From NCBI GenBank assembly GCA_049521795.1, contig JBEKOM010000002.1:96001-160000 (forward strand): a stretch of 64,000 nt of DNA. Reading direction: 5' to 3'. The DNA is from Candidatus Bathyarchaeia archaeon. GTDB lineage: Archaea > Thermoproteota > Bathyarchaeia > Bathyarchaeales > Bathycorpusculaceae. Position 1 is the first letter of the stretch. The number at the start of each line of letters is the position of its first letter. A program made the translations under genes and the position numbers. The notes under the pieces were generated by a model, which was given only the letters and a program-made list of their open reading frames with translations, was not told where the DNA came from and searched no databases. Positions 51,484-61,004 of this stretch are shown here, piece after piece.

Positions 51484-52095
51484 TCAGCTGCGCTTTCTAG
51501 GTCTGTGCTGAGGGTAAAAGAATGCAGAGACTATTGCTCCGAAGACAGCTGTTCCTAAACCTACGTACGCGAAATTTGAGCCTATAAGGGCTGCTTGGTA
51601 TGGGACTCCGTATGTCTGGATTTCGGTCCAGGCTTTGGTCACGTTTGCCATGATCTGAACGGGGGAATCAGAGGATGCATTTCGAGCGAGAAATATGAGG
51701 TAGTAGCTTCCAGGTTGTGCTAATCTGACTGTTGGGCTCCATGTCGTGTTGACAGAATTAGTATCTTCCAGAGATAGGTAGGTTACGTCTGGTTGATCTG
51801 GCTGGATCACGTGAGTTGAGTCTGTGAAGTTGGCTATTGAGAAGTTGAAATTTCCGTCGCCTGCTGCAAGAATGTTCAGTTTCTGACCAATACTAATTTG
51901 AAATTGCACCATTTTGTCTTGTGATTCGTGTATTTCGAAGGAATTGTCCATGACGATTTGGGACTTTGGAACTTGCTGGATCTCGTCTCGCGCAAAGGTG
52001 AAAACAGGTCTTGAACAAATAGCTAAGGCAGCTCCCACAAAAATCAACGTAAGTCCAGCCAGAAATGCTTGCGAGCGCACTTTCTTACGGACCAT
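51484..52095 (-). CDS. Two-TM membrane protein with extracellular beta domain
   Basis: N- and C-terminal TM helices; GSYYLIF.N strand. Confidence 0.65.
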   Translation of the reverse strand: MVRKKVRSQAFLAGLTLIFVGAALAICSRPVFTFARDEIQQVPKSQIVMDNSFEIHESQDKMVQFQISIGQKLNILAAGDGNFNFSIANFTDSTHVIQPDQPDVTYLSLEDTNSVNTTWSPTVRLAQPGSYYLIFLARNASSDSPVQIMANVTKAWTEIQTYGVPYQAALIGSNFAYVGLGTAVFGAIVSAFFYPQHRPRKRS

Positions 52096-52297
52096 ACCAC
52101 AAAACCACTTTGAGTCCTCTTCAATGAATTGATAAGATATGGGATCCCGAAAAATAAACATGTTTGTTTCATGGCGACTTTTCTCTAGCTAATAGAAGCC
52201 AAACATGCCTACAAATCTTATAGAAGAAGGTTCCACAAAATTCAAGTGTCAAGAAGTCCTATGACTATATGCCTAAATAAAATAGGAGAAGGGAAAA

Positions 52298-54358
52298 ATG
52301 AAAAAGATAATATCAATAGCACTGATACTAATCTTCGTTGCATCAACGATCTTTGTTGTAACACCATTCAACATAAAAGCAGCAAACGCTGCAGCATCAG
52401 ACAACTATGTTGCCCTCAACGACGCGCAAGTTGCCCCGAAAAGCAAAGTTGCATTGCAAGATCCTCTGGATTCTGATCCCGATCCAGTGCCGTACTATTC
52501 CATTGGCGCTATCGTGAGGTGGATAACCGCGGACCTCTGGTTTGGCTACTACTACTCGCGTCTCTTTAAACTGGTAGCCATTGGCACCTATGGTGAGATT
52601 TGGGTAGCTTGCGATTCGGCTGGGAATTACCAACTTGATTGGCTGAGTGGAGACTCCAGAGTCACTCCACAGATTTTGGACAACGAAATAGCATTCTACA
52701 TGAACGAGTTCGACACACTTATCTATCCCAGGGACACGCAATACTTTGGTGTTCCAGCAGTACGCGACGGCAATGCCGCCCACTATGGGACTCCAGGCCG
52801 CTTTAATGGAACCACGCGCACAGCGATACTGATTGAGAACATCTTAGACAGGAACTACTATGACCCGACCTACCCATACTACGTCGCTGGTTTCTTTGAC
52901 ACTGGGGTACGCTACTATGTCGGTAGAAACGTTGTGACCATCGATTCCTACGCGTGGGAGCACCGACTGGGACCCCTCGGAACCGTGTGGACTGACAGCA
53001 TAGCTGTTAATCGCCCGTACGTCTACGACAGCACTCTGGCACACGAGTTCCAACACCTAATCCATGCAGACTGGAACCCAAGCGACCCTGCGTTCATGAA
53101 TGAAGGCTGCAGCATGTACGCAGAATATCTCTGCGGCTTTGGAATCGACTCGAGCTACGTCAACAGCTACCTCTACACACCCGACAACTCTCTCACAGAA
53201 TGGAGTGACCAAGGCGACATAAACATACTCGCCGACTACGGCGCCGCACTAATGTGGGTATTATACCTGAACGACCATTATGGCGGAGTACCTACCATAA
53301 CCTACTTCGTCCAGAACGGAGTACCAGGAATCGACGGAGTAAACGCTGCATTGGTGCATTTCGGCTACAAACATTCCACATTCGACACAGTCTACCACGA
53401 TTGGAGGATCGCAAACCTCATACACACAGACTTCCCAGGCTGCACAAAATACAACTACGAGAGCCTGAACCTAAATGATCCGATCTATATATCCGCATTC
53501 ACGCACATGATCAGCGGCCTGCCAGTTTCGCAAACGAAGGGTACAGACTTCGGCAACACAATAACGATATTAGGCTACGACACAGGCGTATCTGAGGTTG
53601 GACCCTATGGCTCAGACTACATAAACTTCACAAACTGGAAAATGCCAGGCTTCATTTACTTCCAAGGCGACCAATACGCAACATTTGGCTGGACACAATC
53701 TGGCGGAGTATGGTGGCCAGGCTACGGAAACCTGATGGACGCACAGCTCATCAGCCAAGCCGTTTCAGTGACCAGTTCAAACTCGATGCTTACGTTGGTA
53801 ACAGCATACGGCATGGAAACCACCTATGACTTCGGATTCGTCCAAGTCTCAACTGACAACGGAAAAACATGGACATCACTGTCGAACAGCTACACAACTT
53901 CTGACTATCAGACAGACGTCCAAGCAATCATAAACAACATGCCTGGACTCAACGACTACAACCCCGACTGGCCAGGCTACACAACGATGACATTTGACCT
54001 CTCAGCTTACATTGGAAAGACAGTGCTGATAAACTTCCGCTACATGACCGACGAGTACACCAACTACGAAGGCTGGTTCATACAAAGCGCGAGCGTGGGC
54101 ACTACGGCGTTGACGCTAACTCCGACCTATCCGAAAGCAGCGTACCAAGTCACAGTGATCCAAGCATTTGTCACCTGTGGAAAGACACTATACTTACCAT
54201 CTGACATGTGCTTGACGAAAGACAACAAGGGAATGGGCATCGGCGCTGCAATCAAACCGAACTACGTCCTCTTGGTCGTTAGCCCAACAATGCACCAAGG
54301 GTTCGCTGACTACAAGTTCCAAGCCACGAAACTGCCGCAGTTTAAGTTCTTCTGTTAG
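52298..54358 (+). CDS. Secreted zinc metallopeptidase (M30 / immune-inhibitor-A-like)
   Basis: Signal peptide; AHEFQHLIH..NEG; YDFGFVQVSTDNG.TW; FRYMTD..GWFI. Confidence 0.85.
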   Translation: MKKIISIALILIFVASTIFVVTPFNIKAANAAASDNYVALNDAQVAPKSKVALQDPLDSDPDPVPYYSIGAIVRWITADLWFGYYYSRLFKLVAIGTYGEIWVACDSAGNYQLDWLSGDSRVTPQILDNEIAFYMNEFDTLIYPRDTQYFGVPAVRDGNAAHYGTPGRFNGTTRTAILIENILDRNYYDPTYPYYVAGFFDTGVRYYVGRNVVTIDSYAWEHRLGPLGTVWTDSIAVNRPYVYDSTLAHEFQHLIHADWNPSDPAFMNEGCSMYAEYLCGFGIDSSYVNSYLYTPDNSLTEWSDQGDINILADYGAALMWVLYLNDHYGGVPTITYFVQNGVPGIDGVNAALVHFGYKHSTFDTVYHDWRIANLIHTDFPGCTKYNYESLNLNDPIYISAFTHMISGLPVSQTKGTDFGNTITILGYDTGVSEVGPYGSDYINFTNWKMPGFIYFQGDQYATFGWTQSGGVWWPGYGNLMDAQLISQAVSVTSSNSMLTLVTAYGMETTYDFGFVQVSTDNGKTWTSLSNSYTTSDYQTDVQAIINNMPGLNDYNPDWPGYTTMTFDLSAYIGKTVLINFRYMTDEYTNYEGWFIQSASVGTTALTLTPTYPKAAYQVTVIQAFVTCGKTLYLPSDMCLTKDNKGMGIGAAIKPNYVLLVVSPTMHQGFADYKFQATKLPQFKFFC

Positions 54359-54503
54359 TCGCAAGCTGAGTTCAATAACCAAAACTCCCTTTTTTTCCTC
54401 ACACTTTCTCAAATTGCACGGTGAAGCCAACATTGATGGGATTCCCCCCTTTCAGATATTTTCAAGAAAATGCAGAAATACCTCGATTGGATAGTATAAC
54501 TCA

Positions 54504-55838
54504 ATGAGAGAGGGGAAAATCCTGCGGAAACCCTGCGCTCTGGTGTTTGCTTTGCTGCTGGCCAGCATGGCAGGTCTGTTATCCAGTTTCCAGACGGCAA
54601 AAGCGATCACAACCATTTACATCCAAGCGGACGGAGGCGTCCTTCCGATAACTGCGCCAATCCAGAGAAACGGAAACGTATACACTCTTACTGGCAACAT
54701 CATCAGTGACACAGACGGCATCGTGATCGAAACGAATAACACGATACTGGACGGAGCAGGACACTCGATTCAAGGGATAAACACTCCGTCATCTAATGGA
54801 ATATACTTGTCAGGAAACCACAACGTAACGATCAAAAACATCGACATTAAAGGTTTCGAATCTGGCATTCTGCTCGATGCATACTCAACGTACAACAATA
54901 TCATAGGAAACACCGTTGAAAGAAACGTTTATGGAGTCAATTGTTGGGCATATGCAGACAACAACAGCATTATTGGAAACAACATAACGGGAAACAGTCT
55001 CGCAGGCGTCTGGATCGCCGGATCATCAAACGACACAGTGACTGAAAACAACATAGTCGCAAACAGTCTAGGAATCAACCTCCAAAGCTCTTCAAATGAC
55101 AGCATCCATCACAACAATTTTGTTGACAACCCAACCCAAACCAGCATCTATGAATCACCTGGCACGTGGGACAACGACTACCCTTCCGCAGGCAACTACT
55201 GGAGCGACTACGTGGGCAGTGACAACTACTCTGGTCCAAATCAGAATCAGCCTGGAAGTGATGGAATAGGAGACACACCGTACAACTGCACTGCAAACGA
55301 TCAAGACAGGTACCCTCTCATGCAAGCTTGGACCAACATAGCCGTTGAAAGCGTCTCACCATCCAAAACCGCCGTGGAACAAGGACAAAACGTGACCATA
55401 ACAGTGTCGGTGCAAAATCAGGGTTGGGAGGGGCAAACGACTAACGTCACGGTTTTCGTCAACACAACGATCGTCTCCACATTCAAAAACGTAGCACTAG
55501 CAGGAAGAAGCCAAACAACTCTCAAATTCACGTGGCAGACCACTGCCTTCGCCAGAGGAAACTACACGATAACCACACGTGCAGACCCAGTTCAAAACGA
55601 ACCAGACATCAGAGACAACACGCTGACTTACAGCAGAATTGCTGTGACGATCACAGGAGACATCAACGGAGACGGAACAGTAAACATCTTGGACGCTATA
55701 ATGTTGAGTAACTCGTTCCTCGCTACGCGAGGCACACAGTCCTGGAACCCTAACGCAGACCTGAACGATGATGGCATCGTCAACATCTTAGACGCCATAA
55801 TCCTCGCAAACAACTTCGGAAGAACCAGCACAAAATAA
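54504..55838 (+). CDS. Secreted NosD beta-helix, CARDB-like, dockerin protein
   Basis: IQADG..APIQR, WDNDYPSAGNYWSDY, GDINGDGTVNILD / ADLNDDGIVNILD. Confidence 0.85.
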   Translation: MREGKILRKPCALVFALLLASMAGLLSSFQTAKAITTIYIQADGGVLPITAPIQRNGNVYTLTGNIISDTDGIVIETNNTILDGAGHSIQGINTPSSNGIYLSGNHNVTIKNIDIKGFESGILLDAYSTYNNIIGNTVERNVYGVNCWAYADNNSIIGNNITGNSLAGVWIAGSSNDTVTENNIVANSLGINLQSSSNDSIHHNNFVDNPTQTSIYESPGTWDNDYPSAGNYWSDYVGSDNYSGPNQNQPGSDGIGDTPYNCTANDQDRYPLMQAWTNIAVESVSPSKTAVEQGQNVTITVSVQNQGWEGQTTNVTVFVNTTIVSTFKNVALAGRSQTTLKFTWQTTAFARGNYTITTRADPVQNEPDIRDNTLTYSRIAVTITGDINGDGTVNILDAIMLSNSFLATRGTQSWNPNADLNDDGIVNILDAIILANNFGRTSTK

Positions 55839-55922
55839 GAGGAGAAACTATCACTTTCTAAGGAGGACGAGCCTCCATAAGCATCTTGACAGTAGTCCGC
55901 GCACAAGAATTGTCGCTAGAAT

Positions 55923-56001
55923 TGGCGGGCCCGGAGGGATTTGAACCCCCGTTCTCCGGCTCCGAAGGCCGACGCCTTAATCCAGACTGGGCTACGGGCC
56001 C
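55923..56001 (-). tRNA. tRNA-Arg (TCG), CCA encoded
   Basis: GGGCCCG acceptor; TCGGC-CTTCGGA-GCCGG anticodon arm; GGTTCAAATCC; ends GCCA. Confidence 0.96.
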
Positions 56002-56103
56002 AGACAAGAATACGCGTAGAAGCAATTAAAAGTGTTATGTGAAAATGTAGAGTAGACCTCTGTGAGAGAGGATAAATGGAACGATCTTGCGGGACGATGA
56101 TCC

Positions 56104-56871
56104 TTGAGAACCATTGAACTGTCAAGCTGGGAGAGCGTTCCGCTGAAGGCGGACAGTTTGAGAAGAAGCCTCGAAATCATATATGGAGTGAAGCTTGGGA
56201 CCGATTCTTCGGAGATTCAACTCGACCGACTCTACCCAACCGAGGATTTTCTCGAGAACGACAAGATAGCGCTTGTGTTTATGAAAATCGTGAACGAAGG
56301 CTATGACGCGCCAATAATAGCGGTTGAGCGCGGGGAAGATTACTTCGTTCTCGACGGCCACCACCGTTGCTTCATTTCAAAGAAACTCGAGAAGAAGACT
56401 ATCATGGCTAAAGTTCTAAAGTTCCCTGAGGGCACAGGCTATCGAGACGCCCCAAAGTCTTCGCTCGAAGACCTTCTCATCAAGGAAGTAGCCGTCATCA
56501 ACGATCTAATTGTGAAAGCGTGGGGACGAATACTCAACATCATGAAACAGTATGAAGTCTTGTACCACATGCATTTCCACATGAAGAAAGAACAAATCCG
56601 TTTGAAAGATCTGTCCCCCACTCAGCCTGAAGTGCTGAAGGAGCAGATCGATGCAATAAACAGGCTACTGGTTCCCATAGCCTGCATAGAGTACGGCAAA
56701 AGATACTATGTGCTGGATGGGCACGCAAGATGCCTACGAGCCAAACAACTCGGCCTGAAATCAATACAAGCCATAGTCCTTTTGCCACAAGTGCAAGTAG
56801 ATTTCGGAATAGTAAAAACCGCCAAAGAGATGAAACTCGAAAGCCTAGAAGACGTTATCATAACAAAATGA
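56104..56871 (+). CDS. Protein with two tandem ParB/Srx-like domains
   Basis: LYPTE..VLDGHHR and LSPTQ..VLDGHAR. Confidence 0.8.
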   Translation: MRTIELSSWESVPLKADSLRRSLEIIYGVKLGTDSSEIQLDRLYPTEDFLENDKIALVFMKIVNEGYDAPIIAVERGEDYFVLDGHHRCFISKKLEKKTIMAKVLKFPEGTGYRDAPKSSLEDLLIKEVAVINDLIVKAWGRILNIMKQYEVLYHMHFHMKKEQIRLKDLSPTQPEVLKEQIDAINRLLVPIACIEYGKRYYVLDGHARCLRAKQLGLKSIQAIVLLPQVQVDFGIVKTAKEMKLESLEDVIITK

Positions 56872-56969
56872 ACCTGTAATGATGCTCGTTAATAATGGAG
56901 CCTTGACATTCGTGGCACCCGAAAACCCTTAAAAATGGTCTCCAATCTATACTAGATGTCTCAACATGG

Positions 56970-57044
56970 GGGCCGGTAGCTCAGCTTGGCTGGAGCGTTC
57001 GGCTGATAACCGAAAGGTCGCCGGTTCGAATCCGGCTCGGCCCA
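56970..57044 (+). tRNA. tRNA-Ile (GAT)
   Basis: GGGCCGG acceptor; TTCGG-CTGATAA-CCGAA anticodon arm; GGTTCGAATCC. Confidence 0.96.
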
Positions 57045-57097
57045 TTGCACCCCAAAACTTATTAGCGCATCAAAACCACATGTTCGGACGTGATATT

Positions 57098-57490
57098 ATG
57101 CTAAAAGACGATGAAATGCTGGAAGAATTGAAGAAAATACGCACGCTGCTGGAACCTAAGCCTGCGCCGTCTGCACCCGCACCAAAAGGATTATGGAAAG
57201 AGTTCATGGACTTCATATCAAAGTACAAGATAATTGGCCTTGCTGCAGGTTTCATCATCGCTCTTTACCTTGGAGCCTTAGTGTTGGCGCTTGTCAAGGA
57301 CTTCATAATGCCGATCATTGGGTTGATACTTAACCCGCTAGGGCTGGGAAACTTGGCCACCGCGAAAACTACGTTCAGTTCACAGGATTTTCTCTACGGA
57401 GACTTTCTCATGGCCTTGATAACCTTCCTCATCGTGGTTTTAGTGGTCTTCCTTCTCGTTAAGGCTACGAAGAGATGGGGTTTAGAATAG
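57098..57490 (+). CDS. mscL: Large-conductance mechanosensitive channel family protein
   Basis: EFMDFI..IIGLAAGFII..LVKDFIMPII; YGDFL.ALITFLIV. Confidence 0.85.
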   Translation: MLKDDEMLEELKKIRTLLEPKPAPSAPAPKGLWKEFMDFISKYKIIGLAAGFIIALYLGALVLALVKDFIMPIIGLILNPLGLGNLATAKTTFSSQDFLYGDFLMALITFLIVVLVVFLLVKATKRWGLE

Positions 57491-57625
57491 CGAACAAAGA
57501 ACCCAACGAACAACGAAAGGCTCCGCAGAAACCTTCGATCGAAAACACTTCCCATTTTTCTGTGTGAACAGAAGACGAAAAGCTGAAATCCTAACAGACC
57601 ACATAACGTGAGGTTGGTGGATTAA

Positions 57626-57916
57626 GTGCCACAGTACATTCTGCTCTCAAACTTGACGGACGAAGGATGGAAAACCGTCAAAGAAAAACCCGCCAGAATC
57701 AAAGAAGTCAACAAAGAACTTGAAGCATTCGGCGTTCGAGTCATCAGTCAGTACGCTGTACTCGGGCCCTACGACTTCGCAACCATCGTCGAAGCCCCGG
57801 ACAACAAGACTATCAGCAAAGTTTCTATCGAACTCGGGTCGAGAGGAACAGTCAAAATCATGAGCATGGCTGCCGTACCCATAGAAGAATTCATAGCTTC
57901 AATGAAAAAACGATGA
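57626..57916 (+). CDS. GYD-domain protein
   Basis: LTDEG, LGPYDF..VEAPD. Confidence 0.85.
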   Translation: MPQYILLSNLTDEGWKTVKEKPARIKEVNKELEAFGVRVISQYAVLGPYDFATIVEAPDNKTISKVSIELGSRGTVKIMSMAAVPIEEFIASMKKR

Positions 57917-58267
57917 GGATATCGCACTCTATCCCCCTTTTTCATTGGGCCGCGATTATGGTGAGCACGCGCGATTAGATTTGCTTGACATACTGACAAA
58001 TGGGACAGAGAAAAAATATGTCGAGATCCCGAGAACAACTTTTTACTGTGTGGGAAACTACTCTCTTCTCATCTAGGATCCAAAGAAGAAGGCGAACAGA
58101 CATCGAGGCAAGTGGCGCGCGCTGGAAGTCGCCAAAACTATCAACGCTCCGCAAAAACATGGATAAGCAGTAATGAAATGGAACAACTCAGTTTACGAAT
58201 AATTGACAACGATTACGATAAATAGTTCTATAGAAGATGCTTCGTGTAGCTCGCCCGAGGTGAAAAC

Positions 58268-58426
58268 ATGAAATTTGCGATAGTTATCGTGGGCTTTGGC
58301 ATGTGGTTAGTTCTTGATGGACTCTACAGCATATTCGAATACCGCAAGCAGACAATTCAAGAACATCTAATAAGAGTTATTCGAGCTGGTGTTGGAGTTA
58401 CTCTAATCACCTTGTACTTCCTTTAG
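58268..58426 (+). CDS. Small two-TM membrane protein, 52 aa (below ORF-track cutoff)
   Basis: GAGGTGA SD then MKFAIVIVGFGMWLVLDGLYSI..EHLIRVIRAGVGV. Confidence 0.6.
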   Translation: MKFAIVIVGFGMWLVLDGLYSIFEYRKQTIQEHLIRVIRAGVGVTLITLYFL

Positions 58427-58584
58427 AAGCAGCTGGAAACATGAACGACTGTCGACTTACAGTATTCATTTCTTCTGATGCGCCTGCTGCAGGAAGTCCG
58501 CATCAACAAGCGCGTGCGCACGATAGCGCTTGTCGTGCGCCATTTTTTCGCGCGCCCGTGTGTGGCGCTCTAAGCGCTGATGCC

Positions 58585-59517
58585 TTAGACTGCATATGGG
58601 TCATGGCCATTTCTCATTCTCGCAATTGACCTTGAAGAATAGATCTTAAGCACAATGAAGGCAGTCAAGAATACCACCAAGGTTCCTGCCGCCAAGTAAG
58701 GAAGATCGCTTGTGGATATAATATATGAACCAGGGTTGAGATAGACTCCAAGCGCGACTCCAGACGCGATTAAGAAATTCGAGAGAAAGAATGATAGCTT
58801 CCAGAGAATCGGCGGTGCCCGAGAAGCTTTTTTCGCCTCTATGTGCCTCTTTATTTCACCCACGCCCAAAACTAGAGAAATGCCCAAAACACCGATAGAC
58901 AAAGGACCAATAAAGTTGAAGCTAAATTGGGGGTAGTAAAAATCGATGAAAGCCCTAACCCCAAACACAGACAGGAGAGCCAAAAACAGGATTAGTGCAG
59001 CTGAACCGACAAAAATCCCTACATCCAGGATACCGCCAGAATAGAAGGGACCGTAGATCCTTCGCCATGGCCTGAGAGTATAATCTTTCATATCCTCAGC
59101 GGTTTTTCTGGTGAGCTCGACTGGATCGTTTTGATACATGTATATCTTAGTTTTGATATCAGGTGCAATTTTTTTACCGTCGTGATCATACCTAGCTTTC
59201 TTCACTAGCCTTGAAAAGGGATAAAGCCACTCCACCCCGCGATCTTTTGCTGTGTTGATACCATCAAGAAGAGTGTGACAGAAGGCACCTATTGCAAGGT
59301 AAGGACTAATCAGAAAAACGATCCCAATGAAAACGAAGTTGTGGTATAGTGCCCGATGGAGCTGATGGTCGCGGAAGTAATCTTTGCTGAAAAAGCCATA
59401 CTCCCTATCCATGTCAGGGAGGACCGAGCCGATGGCAACAAGCAAAATGATATCCCACCTCCCAAAGAAAAGAGCTCCGATCAGCGCACCAAACGCTATG
59501 TGCGTAGGAAGATTCAT
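58585..59517 (-). CDS. Membrane-bound metal-dependent hydrolase (YdjM-like)
   Basis: TH, GSVLPDMD, HRALYH, HTLLD, G..WLYPF. Confidence 0.8.
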   Translation of the reverse strand: MNLPTHIAFGALIGALFFGRWDIILLVAIGSVLPDMDREYGFFSKDYFRDHQLHRALYHNFVFIGIVFLISPYLAIGAFCHTLLDGINTAKDRGVEWLYPFSRLVKKARYDHDGKKIAPDIKTKIYMYQNDPVELTRKTAEDMKDYTLRPWRRIYGPFYSGGILDVGIFVGSAALILFLALLSVFGVRAFIDFYYPQFSFNFIGPLSIGVLGISLVLGVGEIKRHIEAKKASRAPPILWKLSFFLSNFLIASGVALGVYLNPGSYIISTSDLPYLAAGTLVVFLTAFIVLKIYSSRSIARMRNGHDPYAV

Positions 59518-59767
59518 GCGAATTTACCTACTCACGATTCGTCAAAGAACTTGATCTGGGAAATTCCAAGGTTTTGCTCACCTTAGCCACGTGAATCTAA
59601 GCAATTGTACGCTGCAACTCTATATATTATTTTTGCGCGCGCGCCGATGTGGGGAAACACGCAGCTCGAATTACGCTCCATGCACAGTGCGCGTGTGCCG
59701 GCGAATAGTTGCTATACACTTCGGACAAGGTCCAAGTGGAGGGCCCTTGCCGTGGCTGCTGAAGCGA

Positions 59768-60175
59768 TTATTTAGGAGCTTTAGTAGCGTCGGGAGCGTT
59801 GGCATATCCGGTTGAAAAAGGTGCTTGGAATCTGCCCACGTTCTCTCTGATGATGCCATACCCCTTTTCTGCAAGGGAGGTTGGTAACTTGCCAAGCTCT
59901 AGTGGTTTTGCATCGCGTTTGAGCGTAAGTTTGATTGTTGATCGCATTATTCCCTTGTCCAACGTTACACCAGCGAGGTCCGAGTAGCTGTAATCGGTGT
60001 AATCCCTCTTCAATCCGAGCGCGTGGGGGTGTCGCAGAATTATCCGTTCGTTCGTAATAATTAAGGAGTCGATGTTCACCTGAGGATGATAGATTTTCTC
60101 CTTAATATACAGCTCAACCTTTTCGTTCGGGCCTAGTATGTTCGTTATATCATCAGGCGCAGCCATTACCATCAA
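59768..60175 (-). CDS. Bacterial-type PH domain protein
   Basis: ILGPNEKV, IITNERII, YSD. Confidence 0.7.
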   Translation of the reverse strand: MMVMAAPDDITNILGPNEKVELYIKEKIYHPQVNIDSLIITNERIILRHPHALGLKRDYTDYSYSDLAGVTLDKGIMRSTIKLTLKRDAKPLELGKLPTSLAEKGYGIIRENVGRFQAPFSTGYANAPDATKAPK

Positions 60176-60340
60176 CCAACTTAGATGAGGATTATTAGCT
60201 GCACTACTGGTGGCAGCTTAGAGGATAAATATTTATGTGTTGGGAGGCTGCAGCGACTAGAGGCGGCTAATTTTTGTTTCTTTTCTTTTTTGCGGCGCGC
60301 GTGTAAACGGACAATTCGATTGAACTTTCATTCTCTTCAC

Positions 60341-60874
60341 CTAGAAGTGATTCATGATAAAATCCCTAACGGTTCTATGATTAGCCATGATTTCAACGAT
60401 CTTTTTTGTAGCTTTGGTTATCTGCGTATCAAACAGTCTTGTTATTACCAACGTCAACAAAAACACAAATATGCCGAATCCAAAATTTACAATAGCGTTC
60501 ACTGAGCCCCTGTACCATATGAAAAGGAATGTAGCTGCCGCACCTATCTCTCCCATGATGAAGGATCTTATGATGAAATAAAGTTTCTGCACCCACGTAG
60601 AAAACAACAGAACCTTGATCACTGCTCTTTTCTCGATGTTACTTTCAGCTCCACTGCTTTGCTTTGTAACACTTCCTATCTGTTGCAGCACCCTTTTTGC
60701 GTAATGAACATCTGATAAACGCAACATCATTCTTGCATAATGAGCGTCTGACAAATCCTTGGAACTTGCGCTTTCAAGCTCCAACAAAATCCTTTGTGCT
60801 ATTACGTCTATTTCAGCATCCACTCTGTCTGTTTGAGCAACCTTAGTTACCATTATCCCACCAGAATATTCCAA
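60341..60874 (-). CDS. Hypothetical membrane protein
   Basis: Two C-terminal TM helices. Confidence 0.6.
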   Translation of the reverse strand: MEYSGGIMVTKVAQTDRVDAEIDVIAQRILLELESASSKDLSDAHYARMMLRLSDVHYAKRVLQQIGSVTKQSSGAESNIEKRAVIKVLLFSTWVQKLYFIIRSFIMGEIGAAATFLFIWYRGSVNAIVNFGFGIFVFLLTLVITRLFDTQITKATKKIVEIMANHRTVRDFIMNHF

Positions 60875-61004
60875 GAATTCTGGTTACCAAATCGTCTAAT
60901 ATGATTTTTGCTTACTCTGCAGTTAAGACGAGTCTCATGTCTATTCCAGCGCGCCATCTATTGTTGAACGCTACATACGTAAAATTGCAAATGGTGAAAG
61001 TACA

